Source of the DNA: Steroidobacteraceae bacterium
Lineage (GTDB): Bacteria; Pseudomonadota; Gammaproteobacteria; Steroidobacterales; Steroidobacteraceae
Reading direction: 5' to 3'
DNA length: 64,000 nucleotides
Assembly: GCA_036833805.1 (NCBI GenBank)
Contig: DAITPA010000003.1
Span: 4,059 to 68,058, forward strand
Shown here: positions 1 through 10,212 of the stretch, piece by piece
Position numbering within the stretch: the stretch's first letter is position 1
Layout: every line of letters starts with the position of its first letter
The notes under the pieces: model-generated
What the model saw: only the letters and a program-made list of their open reading frames with translations
Told to the model about the DNA's origin: nothing
Database searches by the model: none
Position numbers and translations under genes: made by a program

Positions 1-1218
1 GAGAAGATCGGCGGCGCTCACTTGCACCTTCTCGCGCAGGCGATGTAGCTGATTGGCAGACTGCATCACCCGATCGAAGACTTCACGCGCGATCGGCACG
101 AGTCCCGGGTGCGCGACCCAGGTGCCATCATGCCCATCGGCCGCTTCGCGCTCCTTGTCGGCCCGCACCTTCTCGAGCGCCGCCTGGTTTGCGAGCCGGT
201 CGCCCTTGATCGGAATCTGCGCGGCCATGCCGCCCATCGCAAATGCGCCGCGACCATGGCAGGTCTTAATGCAAAGAAGGGAATAACAGCGCATGAAATG
301 CGTCGTCATTTCGATTTGCTGGCGGTCGGGGAGGATGCTGTCGGGTCGCTGCGAGAAGAGCTTGATGAAGCTGAAGATGTAGTCCCAGCGCCCGCAATTC
401 AGGCCCGTAATAAAGTCCTTGAGCTCCCACAGAATCTCGTCCATCTCAAAGGCTGCAAGCAGCGTCTCGATCAGCACTGTGCAGCGAATCGTGCCGCGCG
501 GCACGCCGAGAAAATCTTCTGAGAAGGCGAAAACTTCCGCCCAGAGTCGCGCCTCCAAGTGACTTTCCATCTTCGGCAGATAAAAGTACGCACCGCTGCC
601 GCGCGCCACGAGCTCGCGCGCGTTGTGGAAGAAGTACAGACCAAAATCAACAAGCGCGCCCGGTACTTGATCTGCAGCTTGCGTCAAATGGCGCTCATAA
701 AGGTGCCAGCCTCGCGGGCGCACGATGAGGACTGCGGTACTGCGGTTTAAGCGATAGACCTTGCCCTCGGGGCTCACGAATTCGATCTTGCGGCGCACCG
801 CGTCGTAGAGATTCTGCTGACCGCCGATGATGTTCTCCCAGGTGGGAGACAGCGAGTCCTCGCAATCCGCCATGAATACCCGCGCGCCGGAATTCATGCC
901 GTTGATGATCATCTTGCGGTCGGTGGGGCCGGTAATCTCGACCCGGCGGTCGAGAAGATCGGAAGGGATCGCGGCGATGCGCCACGCGGATTCACGCAGC
1001 GCGCGTGTTGCGGGCAGAAAATCCGGTGCTTCGCCCGCTTGAATGCGCAGTTTGCGCTCAGCGCGCGCGCCTAGAAGCTGCTGGACGCGGCCGCCAAATT
1101 GCTGCGTGAGCGCGCCCAAGAACTCGAGCGCTTCGCGCGACAGAATCCCTTGGCTGTCGACACGCGCCGGCGTTGCTACCCGGAGCGGTTCGGGCCGCCC
1201 CCTCGCGGCAGTATTCAC
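1..1218 (-). CDS. aceB: malate synthase A (partial; C-terminal end lies beyond the window start)
   Basis: Minus-strand frame is open from the window edge up to GTG at 1218 (GAGG 6 nt upstream). It is absent from the ORF track because it runs off the window. My translation reads ...GMNSGARVFMADCEDSLSPTWENIIGGQQNLYDAV...GLNCGRWDYIFSFIK...AFAMGGMAAQIPIK...DGTWVAHPG, matching malate synthase A core motifs. Confidence 0.9.
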   Translation of the reverse strand, partial: MNTAARGRPEPLRVATPARVDSQGILSREALEFLGALTQQFGGRVQQLLGARAERKLRIQAGEAPDFLPATRALRESAWRIAAIPSDLLDRRVEITGPTDRKMIINGMNSGARVFMADCEDSLSPTWENIIGGQQNLYDAVRRKIEFVSPEGKVYRLNRSTAVLIVRPRGWHLYERHLTQAADQVPGALVDFGLYFFHNARELVARGSGAYFYLPKMESHLEARLWAEVFAFSEDFLGVPRGTIRCTVLIETLLAAFEMDEILWELKDFITGLNCGRWDYIFSFIKLFSQRPDSILPDRQQIEMTTHFMRCYSLLCIKTCHGRGAFAMGGMAAQIPIKGDRLANQAALEKVRADKEREAADGHDGTWVAHPGLVPIAREVFDRVMQSANQLHRLREKVQVSAADLL

Positions 1219-1288
1219 AGTGGACCTCGGTGTGAGCGCGGCAGAATACCGGCGCGGCGACGCCCCGTGCAAGGCAAGCTCGCGCGCA

Positions 1289-2668
1289 CTAACGCGCGCG
1301 GCGCCGATCGGCGCGTCTGTTCTGACTGTGCTCGGCGATCAGCAACGCCAATTCGAGCGCCTGCTCATGATTCAAGCGTGGATCGACCGTCGAACGATAG
1401 GCGCGCTGCAGATCACCATCGGTGAGACCGCGTGCACCGCCGGTGCATTCCGTCACGTCATCCCCGGTCAACTCGATGTGCACACCGCCCAGGTAGGACC
1501 CGGTTTCGCTGTGGATTCGAAACGCGCTCTCAAGCTCGCCCAGAATATTCTCGAAGCGGCGGGTCTTAAGCCCGCCGGTGCTGGTTTCGGTGTTGCCATG
1601 CATCGGGTCGCATACCCACAGCACCGTCTGCCCGGTCTGGCGCACGGCATCGATTGCGCGCGGCAGCGCCTTCTCAATCTCCTTCACGCCGAAGCGGTGA
1701 ATAAGGGTCAAGCGCCCCGGCTGATTGTGCGGATTCAAGGTCGTGACGAGACCCTGCAGCCAGCCCGAATCCATGGCTACGCCGATTTTCACAGCGACCG
1801 GATTGGAAATGCCACGGAAGTACTCAACGTGTGCGCCGTCCAGCTGTGCGGTGCGCATGCCAATCCATGGCAGGTGGGTGGAGAGGTTGTACCAGCGCTG
1901 TTGGCGCGGGATAAAGCGCGTCTGCGCCTGCTCGTACAGCAGGTGCAGACCTTCGTGACTTGCGTAGAAATCCGCGTGTGTCGTTTCGTGCACCGCACGG
2001 CCGCTGATGCCTTCAAGAAAATCCAGAGAATCAGAGATTGAGTCGGCGATGCCGTGGTAGGCGTCCTTCAGGGGCGAATGCTTGACGAAGCCCAGATCCC
2101 AGTACTCCGGATGGTGCAGATCGGCAAAGCCGCCCGCCACCAGCGCACGCACAAAATTCAAGGTAAGCGCCGCGCGCTCGTAGCCGCGCAGCAGAAGCTG
2201 CGGATCGGCCGCGCGCGCCTCGGGGGTAAATTCCTGCCGATTTACAAGGTCGCCGCGAAAGCTCGGCAGCGTCACCCCGTCATGCGTCTCGGTGTCGGCG
2301 GAGCGTGGTTTCGCATACTGGCCGGCCATCCGGCCGAGCCGGATGATGGGTTTCTTCAAGCCGTGCAGCAGCACAAGGCTCATCTGCAGCAAAATCTTCA
2401 GCTGCTTCGCGATCCGGTCCGACTCGCAGTCGGCGAAGGTTTCCGCACAATCGCCTCCCTGTAGGAGAAATGCCTGTCCGCGCTGCGCGCTCGCGAGGCG
2501 CTCAGTGAGCGCGTCAACCTCCCACGACACGACGATCGGCGGCAGCCGTGATAGCTGCGCGATCACGCGCTCGAGCGCGACCGGATCCACGTAGGTCGGT
2601 TGTTGCTGTGCGGGCTTCGTCTGCCAACTGGCCGCATGCCAGGGCAGCGTTTGGGGTGAACGCATCAT
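1289..2668 (-). CDS. 3-deoxy-7-phosphoheptulonate (DAHP) synthase, class II
   Basis: ORF 1289..2830. The start chosen is the ATG at 2668 (MMRSPQTLPW), giving about 459 aa. Strings LLQGGDCAE, RMAGQYAKPRS, PWIGMRT and CDPMHGNT are typical of class II DAHP synthases. Confidence 0.9.
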   Translation of the reverse strand: MMRSPQTLPWHAASWQTKPAQQQPTYVDPVALERVIAQLSRLPPIVVSWEVDALTERLASAQRGQAFLLQGGDCAETFADCESDRIAKQLKILLQMSLVLLHGLKKPIIRLGRMAGQYAKPRSADTETHDGVTLPSFRGDLVNRQEFTPEARAADPQLLLRGYERAALTLNFVRALVAGGFADLHHPEYWDLGFVKHSPLKDAYHGIADSISDSLDFLEGISGRAVHETTHADFYASHEGLHLLYEQAQTRFIPRQQRWYNLSTHLPWIGMRTAQLDGAHVEYFRGISNPVAVKIGVAMDSGWLQGLVTTLNPHNQPGRLTLIHRFGVKEIEKALPRAIDAVRQTGQTVLWVCDPMHGNTETSTGGLKTRRFENILGELESAFRIHSETGSYLGGVHIELTGDDVTECTGGARGLTDGDLQRAYRSTVDPRLNHEQALELALLIAEHSQNRRADRRRAR

Positions 2669-2787
2669 TGCGATGCTACACATTTCGCACGTAGCGCCCA
2701 ACTTTCCTTCCGGACTGGCGCAGCCGGGACTTGGGATGCAGAATGCGCGCCGTTCCGCGTAGCGACGATAGAGTTGTGAGGCTTGGC

Positions 2788-3963
2788 ATGCATCGCGTAC
2801 TGATTCTCGGCGCTGGTAAGATCGGCGCACTTATCTCCGGATTGCTAGCAGAATCCGGTAGTTACAGTGTTTTCCTCGGCGACATCAACGGTACGACCGC
2901 AAAAGCCGTGGTGCGCGCGCACGGCGGTGCGAACCTAACAGGTGTTGCACTCGACGCAAGCGACACGGCGGCGCTCAGGCGCCACCTTGCCGCAGAGCCT
3001 GTCGAAGCCGTGGTCTCGAGCCTACCGTACTACTGCAATGTCGAAGTCGCCGAAGCCGCGCGCGCCGCAGGCGCTCACTACTTCGATCTCACCGAAGACG
3101 TGGAAGTCACCCGCGCGGTCATCCGTATCGCCCACGGGGCCTCCCGGGCCTTCGTGCCGCAATGCGGCCTCGCGCCGGGGTTTATCAGCATCGCGGCGAA
3201 TGAGCTCATGAGTCACTTCGACAAGTTGCGCGCTGTGAAGCTCAGGGTCGGAGCCCTGCCCCAGCACCCGAACAATGTTTTGAAGTATTCGCTGACCTGG
3301 TCGACGGAGGGTCTCATCAATGAGTACGGCAACCCCTGTCAGGCGATCGCTGATGGCCGCACTCTGGAAGTTTCGCCGCTCGAAGGGCTCGAAGAGATCG
3401 AGATCGACGGCACCTTATATGAGGCCTTCAATACCTCCGGAGGCCTGGGCTCGCTTGCCGAAAGTCACGGCGCGCGTTGCGAATCGATGAACTACAAGAC
3501 GATTCGCTATCCGGGCCACTGTGCACAGATGCGCCTCCTGATGAATGATCTGAAGCTCAATCAAGACCGCAAGACCTTGAAGCACGTGCTCGAGAACGCG
3601 GTGCCGCAGACGCTGCAGGATGTTGTCATCGTCTATGCAGCCGTGACCGGCACACAGGACGGTGAGTTGCGCGAGGAGAACTACGTCAACAAGGTCTATC
3701 CGCAGGTGATCGCCGGTCGACTCTGGTCCGCGATTCAGGTCACGACTGCCGCCGGCATCACGGCCGTCGTCGACCTTGTGCTGCAGCATCCTGAGAAGTA
3801 TCAGGGCTTCGTCGCGCAGGAGAAGTTCGGCATGCCCGATATTCTCAACAATCGCTTCGGCCGCCACTACGCGCAGGGCGGAACCAAGGATTTGTCCGCG
3901 GAAGTTGTGGTCTCCGGCAAAGCGGGCCGCCAGCGCAGACTGACACCGGCGACCGCACGATGA
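2788..3963 (+). CDS. saccharopine dehydrogenase family protein (L-lysine 6-dehydrogenase-like)
   Basis: ORF 2731..3963. The start chosen is the ATG at 2788 (GAGG 7 nt upstream), giving [16 protein letters not shown], a Rossmann N-terminus. Length and body resemble the saccharopine/lysine dehydrogenase family. The stop overlaps the next gene (ATGA at 3960-3963). Confidence 0.75.
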   Translation: MHRVLILGAGKIGALISGLLAESGSYSVFLGDINGTTAKAVVRAHGGANLTGVALDASDTAALRRHLAAEPVEAVVSSLPYYCNVEVAEAARAAGAHYFDLTEDVEVTRAVIRIAHGASRAFVPQCGLAPGFISIAANELMSHFDKLRAVKLRVGALPQHPNNVLKYSLTWSTEGLINEYGNPCQAIADGRTLEVSPLEGLEEIEIDGTLYEAFNTSGGLGSLAESHGARCESMNYKTIRYPGHCAQMRLLMNDLKLNQDRKTLKHVLENAVPQTLQDVVIVYAAVTGTQDGELREENYVNKVYPQVIAGRLWSAIQVTTAAGITAVVDLVLQHPEKYQGFVAQEKFGMPDILNNRFGRHYAQGGTKDLSAEVVVSGKAGRQRRLTPATAR

Positions 3964-5498
3964 CTGCCATCGACGCATCCGCGCTCCTTGCTCGCTTGGA
4001 GCTCAATCGCGTCCATCCGGGCGCCTGGTCGGGCGCGCGCGGCTGGTCGCATGCCACCGAAGGCACGGAGCTGGCGGTGAAAAACCCTACGACGGGGGAG
4101 ACCATCGCCACCGTGCGCGCGGCGAGCGCCGCGGACTACGAAGAGCTCATGCGCTCGGCCTGCACCGCGGCCGCCGACTGGCGGCAGGTGCCGGCGCCCA
4201 AACGAGGCGAGGCGGTGCGGCTCCTCGGCGCGGCGCTGCGGGCGAGTAAGACGGACCTGGGAACACTGGTGTCGCTGGAGAACGGCAAGATCCTCGCGGA
4301 GGGCCTGGGCGAGGTGCAGGAGATGATCGATATCTGCGACTTCGCCGTCGGCCAGTCGCGCATGCTCTACGGCCTCACCATGCATTCGGAGCGCGCGCAG
4401 CACCGCATGTACGAGCAATGGCACCCGCTCGGCGTCGTCGGCATCATTTCGGCGTTCAACTTTCCGGTCGCCGTGTGGGCATGGAACGCATGCCTTGCGG
4501 TCATCTGTGGCAACGTTGCCGTGTGGAAGCCTTCGCCCAAAACGCCGCTCACGGCGCTTGCGGTGCAGCAGCTGTGCAATCGAATCATGAAAGATGCGCG
4601 CCTGCCGCCCATCTTTCAGGTTTTCATTGATGCCGGAACCGAGCTTGCGAGCCGCTTTGTCGATGATCGGCGCGTTGCGCTCGTGTCATTCACGGGTTCG
4701 ACTGCCGTCGGGCGCCAGGTCGGCGAGCGCGTCGCGCGGCGTTTGGGCAAGAGTTTGCTCGAGCTCGGTGGCAATAATGCCGTCATTGTCGATGACACGG
4801 CGAATCTTGATCTTGCCGTGCCGGCCATCGTCTTCGGGGCAGCCGGCACGGCGGGACAGCGCTGCACCTCGACACGGCGTGTGCTGGTGCACACGAGCCG
4901 CTCCGCCGAGCTTGAAAAACGCTTGGTACATGCCTACGGACAGATCCGCATCGGCGACCCGCTCGAAGCCGGCACACTCATGGGACCGCTCATTGACGCC
5001 CGCGCGGTCGAGCAGTATCGCTCCGCGATCGCCGCGGCGCGCGCGGCGGGCGCTGATCTCCTATACGGCGGCAAGGTGCTCGCAGGCCCGGGCAACTTCG
5101 TGGAGCCTACCCTCTTTCGGGCGCGCAACGATTGGCCGATCGTACAGACGGAGACTTTTGCGCCCATCCTGTACGTGATTCCCGTGCAATCGCTCGACGA
5201 GGCCATCGCATTGCAGAATGCCTCCGCCCACGGCCTATCCGCAGCGCTCTTCACCGACCGGCTGCAGCATGCGGAACGGTATCTATCCGCGGCCGGCAGC
5301 GACTGCGGCATCGCGAACATCAACTTGGGCACATCCGGCGCGGAGATCGGCGGCGCGTTCGGCGGTGAGAAGGACACGGGCGGCGGCCGGGAATCGGGCT
5401 CCGATGCATGGAGGGCCTACATGCGGCGCCAAACAAATACAATTAATTGGAGCCGCGAACTGCCGCTTGCTCAGGGCATCGAGTTCAAAGTCTCCTGA
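3960..5498 (+). CDS. ALDH7-type aldehyde dehydrogenase (piperideine-6-carboxylate / alpha-aminoadipic semialdehyde dehydrogenase-like)
   Basis: 512-aa ORF with [18 protein letters not shown] (ALDH7/antiquitin-type string), LELGGNNA and the catalytic-Cys region GTAGQRCT. It is translationally coupled to the upstream dehydrogenase. Confidence 0.85.
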   Translation: MTAIDASALLARLELNRVHPGAWSGARGWSHATEGTELAVKNPTTGETIATVRAASAADYEELMRSACTAAADWRQVPAPKRGEAVRLLGAALRASKTDLGTLVSLENGKILAEGLGEVQEMIDICDFAVGQSRMLYGLTMHSERAQHRMYEQWHPLGVVGIISAFNFPVAVWAWNACLAVICGNVAVWKPSPKTPLTALAVQQLCNRIMKDARLPPIFQVFIDAGTELASRFVDDRRVALVSFTGSTAVGRQVGERVARRLGKSLLELGGNNAVIVDDTANLDLAVPAIVFGAAGTAGQRCTSTRRVLVHTSRSAELEKRLVHAYGQIRIGDPLEAGTLMGPLIDARAVEQYRSAIAAARAAGADLLYGGKVLAGPGNFVEPTLFRARNDWPIVQTETFAPILYVIPVQSLDEAIALQNASAHGLSAALFTDRLQHAERYLSAAGSDCGIANINLGTSGAEIGGAFGGEKDTGGGRESGSDAWRAYMRRQTNTINWSRELPLAQGIEFKVS

Positions 5499-5544
5499 AG
5501 GGCATAAAATGTACGGCGAAGCCCCAGCACCGCACGCTGCTGCG

Positions 5545-5682
5545 CAATTTTCACACGGAGAGGGTATCGGGCTTTCAAGCGTGAAACGTCTGTGTGAGCT
5601 CCTCAAGGCGACGCTGGAACTGGCAAGCCGCGACCTCGGCACAACCTCTCGAGTGTCACGGCCGCAGAGGTATTCCTCGTAG
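5545..5682 (+). pseudogene. possible 3' remnant of a sensor histidine kinase gene (HATPase_c G2-box tail)
   Basis: The intergenic frame reads QFSHGEGIGLSSVKRLCELLKATLELASRDLGTTSRVSRP then a stop. This resembles the C-terminal GxGLGLxIvkrLvelhGGtlxlxSxxGxGTxFxvxlP of histidine kinases. No upstream kinase body, start codon or RBS is present. Confidence 0.35.
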
Positions 5683-5715
5683 CGAATCCCTCGAGGGCGC
5701 GCCAACGCGCGCTCC

Positions 5716-6564
5716 TCAGGATTTCTGAACCTGCGCGAGGGCCTGTTTTGATTCGCACCACAGTGCCTCCCACGCATCAGCCGTGAGCGTCTGCAGATTG
5801 AGGTTGCGATCGCGCGCAAGAGCCTCCATGCGGCGAAACCGTGCGGCAAATTTTTGATTGGCGCGGCGCAGCGCCGCTTCCGGATCGATGCGCAGGTGCC
5901 GGCCCCAGTTGACGAGGGCGAATAGTAGGTCGCCGTACTCCTCGACCACTTCGCCAGTGGGCGCCGGCGCTTCGGCGTCAGTGACAATACCTCCCTCGAG
6001 CGCGGCATCGAGCTCCGCAAGCTCCTCAATGACTTTGGGACGCACGTCGGCTGCTGTTCTCCAATCGAATCCGACGCGCGCGGCTCGCCGGCCGAGCTTC
6101 GCGGCTCGCGTGAGTGCCGGCAGGGCCAGCGGAACGTCCACCAAGGCGCCCGCCTCCTCGTCCCCTTTCTTGGAAAGTGCACGTTCACGCGCCTTCTGCT
6201 CTTCCCACAGCGTCTCGAGTGCCGGACCGTCGAGAGGCTGCGGCTCTGAACTGAAGACATGTGGGTGGCGGCGCACGAGCTTGTCGTGGATGGACGCCGC
6301 GACGAGCGCAAAATCGAAATAGCCGCGCTCCTCGGCCACGCGGGCGTGAAACACCACCTGAAACAGGAGATCGCCGAGCTCATCCCGCAGGGCAACTACG
6401 TCGTCGCGTTCGATCGCGTCGGCAACCTCGTAGGCCTCTTCAATCGTGTAAGGAGCGATGCTGCGAAAGTCCTGTGCAAGATCCCAGCGGCACCCCGTAA
6501 GCGGATCGCGCAGACGCGCCATGACACCAAGAAGGGCGGTCAACGCCGATTCGGCGCGGCTCAT
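5716..6564 (-). CDS. mazG: nucleoside triphosphate pyrophosphohydrolase MazG
   Basis: 282-aa ORF with two MazG-type repeats (TIEEAYEVADAIE...GDLLFQVVFH; VVEEYGDLLFALVNWGRHLRIDPEAALRRANQKFAARF). Confidence 0.9.
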   Translation of the reverse strand: MSRAESALTALLGVMARLRDPLTGCRWDLAQDFRSIAPYTIEEAYEVADAIERDDVVALRDELGDLLFQVVFHARVAEERGYFDFALVAASIHDKLVRRHPHVFSSEPQPLDGPALETLWEEQKARERALSKKGDEEAGALVDVPLALPALTRAAKLGRRAARVGFDWRTAADVRPKVIEELAELDAALEGGIVTDAEAPAPTGEVVEEYGDLLFALVNWGRHLRIDPEAALRRANQKFAARFRRMEALARDRNLNLQTLTADAWEALWCESKQALAQVQKS

Positions 6565-7208
6565 GGGAGAGCTTCACCCGTGCAAAGCCGATACAAGGTG
6601 ATCAGCATGCCCGCCGTCGCACCCCAAATATTGTGCGCGCCGAAAGGAATGTCGCACAGCTCGAATTCCGCGGCGCCGTCCGCCAGGCGCCGCCGGCGCT
6701 TTCGATGGTTGGCCGGCTCGAAGACGTAACTTAAGGGCACTTCGAAGCTGCCCTGCACTTCCTCCGATGCCAGCAAGAGCTCAAAACCCGAGCGCACGAA
6801 GCCCACCACCGGTGTCACGCGAAAGCCGCTAAGGAGCACATGATCCGGAAGATAGCCCACGACCGAGACGAAGCGCGCGTCGAGCCCGACCTCCTCGCGC
6901 GCCTCGCGCAGTGCTGCCTCAAGTGGGCTCTCGTTGGCCTCGAGCCGCCCACCCGGAAAGGAAATTTGCCCCGCATGACTCTTGAGCTCGACCGCGCGCT
7001 GTGTCAACAGCACCGAGAGCTCCCCAGCGCGCTCGACGAGCGGCACAAGCACGGCCGCCGCAGTAAGCGTCTCGGGAAGAAAGCGTTCATAGGCACGCGT
7101 CTGTTCGCGCGACAAGCCTGGCAGCAGCCAGTCCGCGGCCGCGTGTCGCGGCTCGCTGCCCGCAAGGCGCTCGGTGATTCGTGCCTTCCAATCGATCGCG
7201 GCTATCAA
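6561..7208 (-). CDS. nudL: NUDIX hydrolase, CoA pyrophosphatase-like
   Basis: 215-aa ORF with Nudix box GGRLEANESPLEAALREAREEVGL and the preceding LTQRAVELKSHAGQISFPGG string typical of CoA pyrophosphatases. ATGA overlap with mazG. Confidence 0.75.
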   Translation of the reverse strand: MIAAIDWKARITERLAGSEPRHAAADWLLPGLSREQTRAYERFLPETLTAAAVLVPLVERAGELSVLLTQRAVELKSHAGQISFPGGRLEANESPLEAALREAREEVGLDARFVSVVGYLPDHVLLSGFRVTPVVGFVRSGFELLLASEEVQGSFEVPLSYVFEPANHRKRRRRLADGAAEFELCDIPFGAHNIWGATAGMLITLYRLCTGEALP

Positions 7209-7213
7209 AGCCT

Positions 7214-8617
7214 TCAGCCGCCTCCGCTCCCGCCACCTTTGATGCCACCGCGCGTGAGCTCAAGAGGATCCAAGAGCTTGGCAAGCTCGGCGGCCGACAA
7301 GTCGGTCAATTCTTGCGCAACCTCACGCACCGGACGACCTTGGGCGTAGGCTTGCTTCGCAATCGCCGCGCCCTTTTCGTAGCCGATGACCGGATTCAAA
7401 GCCGTCACAAGAATCGGGTTGCGATCGAGTGCCTCCGCAAGCCTATCGCGATTGACCGTAAATCCCGCGATCGCCCGGTCGGCGAGCGCGAGCACCGCAT
7501 TGGCGAGCAGGCGAATGCTCTCGAGGAGATCGTAGGCGATCAGGGGCAGCATGACATTCAGCTGGAAATTGCCCGCTTGGCCCGCAAGCGTAATCGTGGT
7601 GTCGTAGCCGATGACTTGGGCTGCGACCATCGCGACCGCCTCGGGAATTACAGGGTTCACCTTGCCCGGCATGATGCTGCTACCCGGCTGCAGCGCTGGC
7701 AGCGCAATCTCACCCAGGCCTGCGAGCGGGCCGCTATTCATCCAGCGCAGATCATTCGCGATCTTCATAACACCGACCGCGATCGTTTTTAGCTGTCCGG
7801 AAAGCTCGACCGCAGCATCCTGGGACGCGAGCGACTCGAAGTAATTGCCGCTCGGCACGAACGCGAGACCCGTAAGTCGCGCCAGCTCTGCGCAAAAGCG
7901 GGCGCCGAATTCGCGGTGCGCATTGATGCCGGTGCCAACCGCCGTGCCGCCTTGCGCAAGCGCCAAAAGGCGCGGCAATGTGCTCGTGAGGCGCGCCCGC
8001 CCATTTTGCATCTGTGTGCGCCAGGCGGAGAGCTCCTGCCCGAGCGTTACCGGCATAGCATCCATAAGATGCGTGCGCCCGGTCTTCACGATCGCGCCGA
8101 CTTCAGTCTCCTTGCGCACCAGCACTGCGCCAATATGTGCGAGCGCCGGCATGAGCGTGCGCTCAACGGCAAGCGCTGCACTCACATGAATTGTCGTCGG
8201 AATGACGTCATTGCTGCTCTGACTCATGTTGACATGGTCGTTCGGATGGACTGCGCGACCGAGACGCGCCGCGGCAAGGTGCGCGATCACCTCATTAGCG
8301 TTCATGTTGGTGCTCGTGCCGGAGCCGGTCTGAAAGACATCGATCGGGAAGTGCGCATCATGCTGCCCGGCAGCGACTTCTGCGGCTGCCGCGTCGATCG
8401 CCCGCGCAACGTCCGGCGGCAGAAGTGCCAGCGCAGCATTGGCGCGCGCCGCGGCCTGTTTGACGAGGCCGAGTGCCGCGATAAAGGCGCGCGGCAGGGT
8501 AAGTCCGCTGATCGGAAAGTTCTGCACGGCGCGTTGGGTCTGCGCGCCCCACAGTGCCTGTGCCGGCACTTCGAGCTCTCCCATGCTGTCGCGCTCGATA
8601 CGAGAGGAAGTCGTCAT
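7214..8617 (-). CDS. fumC: class II fumarate hydratase
   Basis: ORF 7214..8728. The start chosen is the ATG at 8617 ([18 protein letters not shown]). Strings [39 protein letters not shown] and the fumarate-lyase signature [11 protein letters not shown] are present. Confidence 0.9.
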   Translation of the reverse strand: MTTSSRIERDSMGELEVPAQALWGAQTQRAVQNFPISGLTLPRAFIAALGLVKQAAARANAALALLPPDVARAIDAAAAEVAAGQHDAHFPIDVFQTGSGTSTNMNANEVIAHLAAARLGRAVHPNDHVNMSQSSNDVIPTTIHVSAALAVERTLMPALAHIGAVLVRKETEVGAIVKTGRTHLMDAMPVTLGQELSAWRTQMQNGRARLTSTLPRLLALAQGGTAVGTGINAHREFGARFCAELARLTGLAFVPSGNYFESLASQDAAVELSGQLKTIAVGVMKIANDLRWMNSGPLAGLGEIALPALQPGSSIMPGKVNPVIPEAVAMVAAQVIGYDTTITLAGQAGNFQLNVMLPLIAYDLLESIRLLANAVLALADRAIAGFTVNRDRLAEALDRNPILVTALNPVIGYEKGAAIAKQAYAQGRPVREVAQELTDLSAAELAKLLDPLELTRGGIKGGGSGGG

Positions 8618-8693
8618 GCGGCGGGCTCCGAAAGGTCGTGAGGATGCGATATGATGCAAATCGTACCACCTCGAGGCTTCTGTTAAAGAACGC

Positions 8694-10058
8694 ATGTCTG
8701 TGAGCTCCATCGATGCGCTGTCGCCCATCGACGGCCGCTACCGGGCCGCAACCGAACCCTTGCGCGCGCTCTTGTCGGAGGCCGGGCTCATTCGCGAGCG
8801 CATCCGCATAGAGGCACACTGGCTGCTGCAGCTTGCCGCGGCTGTGCCGCAATTGCCGCACGCGGCGTTGAGCCAAACGGTGCGCGAGCGCGCGGAAGAA
8901 CTCGCACGTGAGCCGGGCGAGCTTGCAGCGGCCGAAGTGAAAAAGATCGAAGCGCGCATCAACCACGACGTCAAGGCAGTCGAGTACTACGTACGCCAGG
9001 AGCTGCTCGCAGCCGGCGCAAACGCCGGCGTACTGGAACTCGTGCATTTCGGCTGCACATCCGAGGACCTCAATAATCTGAGCTACGCGCGGCTCTTGGT
9101 CGCGGCGCGCGCGATTCTCACGAGCGCTGTGGATACGCTCGACGGCAAGCTTGCCCTGTTGGCGCGCGACGAGGCGGCGACACCCATGCTCGCACGCACG
9201 CACGGCCAAGCGGCAAGCCCCACGACGCTTGGCAAGGAGATCGCAAATTTCCTCGCGCGCCTGCGGCGCGCGCGCCGTCGCTGGACTGACGTAGCAGTGC
9301 TCGGCAAATGGAATGGTGCGGTCGGCAACTTCAACGCGCACTTGGTCGCCGCGCCCAGCGTTGATTGGCCTGCCATCAGCCGCGCGTTTGTCGAGTCGCT
9401 CGGCCTTGAGTACAACGCCCACACGACACAGATCGAGCCGCACGACTGGATTGCTGAATACTGCGATGCGCTCGCTGGGCTTGATGTGATCCTCATTGAC
9501 CTGTGTCGCGATTTCTGGGGATACATCTCATTGGGTTATCTGCGGCAGCGCGCACTCGCCTCTGAGGTCGGCTCCTCGACGATGCCGCACAAAGTAAACC
9601 CCATCGATTTTGAGAATGCCGAAGGGAATTTTGGTGTCGCAAATGCGCTGTTGCGGCATTTTGCCGAGAAGCTTCCGATCTCGCGCTGGCAGCGCGATCT
9701 TACGGATTCGACGGTACTGCGCAACGTCGGCGTGGCGCTGGGGCATGCGTTGATTGCCTTCACGGCGCTCGCGCGCGGTCTTGAGAAGATCGTAGCCGAT
9801 CCGGCACGCCTGAAAGCGGACCTCAATGCGGCATGGGAAGTGCTCGCCGAGCCGGTGCAGATGGTGATGCGCGCCGCGGGCGTTCCCAATGGGTACGAAC
9901 GCCTCAAAGAGTTTACACGCGGGCGGGTGATCGATGCGGCTTCCCTTGCCGCCTTCATCGATACGCTGCCGCTTGCTGCAGCCGACAAGACGCGCCTGAA
10001 AGCACTGTCGCCGTTTGACTACATCGGACTTGCCGCACGTCTCGCACTCGAAGTGTGA
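8694..10058 (+). CDS. purB: adenylosuccinate lyase
   Basis: 454-aa ORF with [20 protein letters not shown] at the N-terminus and the signature [11 protein letters not shown]. Confidence 0.95.
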   Translation: MSVSSIDALSPIDGRYRAATEPLRALLSEAGLIRERIRIEAHWLLQLAAAVPQLPHAALSQTVRERAEELAREPGELAAAEVKKIEARINHDVKAVEYYVRQELLAAGANAGVLELVHFGCTSEDLNNLSYARLLVAARAILTSAVDTLDGKLALLARDEAATPMLARTHGQAASPTTLGKEIANFLARLRRARRRWTDVAVLGKWNGAVGNFNAHLVAAPSVDWPAISRAFVESLGLEYNAHTTQIEPHDWIAEYCDALAGLDVILIDLCRDFWGYISLGYLRQRALASEVGSSTMPHKVNPIDFENAEGNFGVANALLRHFAEKLPISRWQRDLTDSTVLRNVGVALGHALIAFTALARGLEKIVADPARLKADLNAAWEVLAEPVQMVMRAAGVPNGYERLKEFTRGRVIDAASLAAFIDTLPLAAADKTRLKALSPFDYIGLAARLALEV

Positions 10059-10160
10059 GCGCGCGAAAAGTGCGAACTGCGCCGCGGTTCTGGCCTGCGG
10101 CAGCGGCCGTGCTAGCCGAAAACGTGACCCGATCGGCAACTCGATAAGACTCCCCTTCCT

Positions 10161-10212
10161 AAGATCGCGGAGCCTGCGGGTGCGCAGGTTCTCAAGACAG
10201 GCTCGCGATCTT
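10161..10212 (+). promoter_or_regulatory. long imperfect hairpin downstream of purB that covers the first candidate start of the next ORF
   Basis: aagatcgcg(g)agcctg ... caggctcgcgatctt gives 15 bp with one bulged g. An alternative inner hairpin, cctgcg-ggtg-cgcagg (10173-10188), overlaps the 5' arm. Confidence 0.35.

Noticed and set aside
1043-2041. 332-aa plus-strand ORF, and the small ORFs at 53..1042
   Set aside because: They lie opposite the DAHP synthase and malate synthase frames, which translate into highly recognisable enzymes.
2669-2830. N-terminal extensions implied by the longest-ORF coordinates (for example DAHP synthase to 2830, fumC to 8728, TIR protein to 19844, YceI to 55317, cysG from 45038)
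   Set aside because: The extensions are Arg/Ser/Cys-rich, lack RBSs and overlap neighbouring genes. Internal ATG or GTG starts give N-termini matching the respective families.
5283-6395. 370-aa minus-strand ORF overlapping mazG and the upstream gap
   Set aside because: It is an alternative frame of the mazG region. It is extremely Arg/Ser/Cys-rich with no motifs, whereas the mazG frame has clear MazG repeats.
8358-9443. 361-aa minus-strand ORF
   Set aside because: Antisense to purB and the fumC 5' end. Low-complexity Arg/Ala composition. purB and fumC explain the region.
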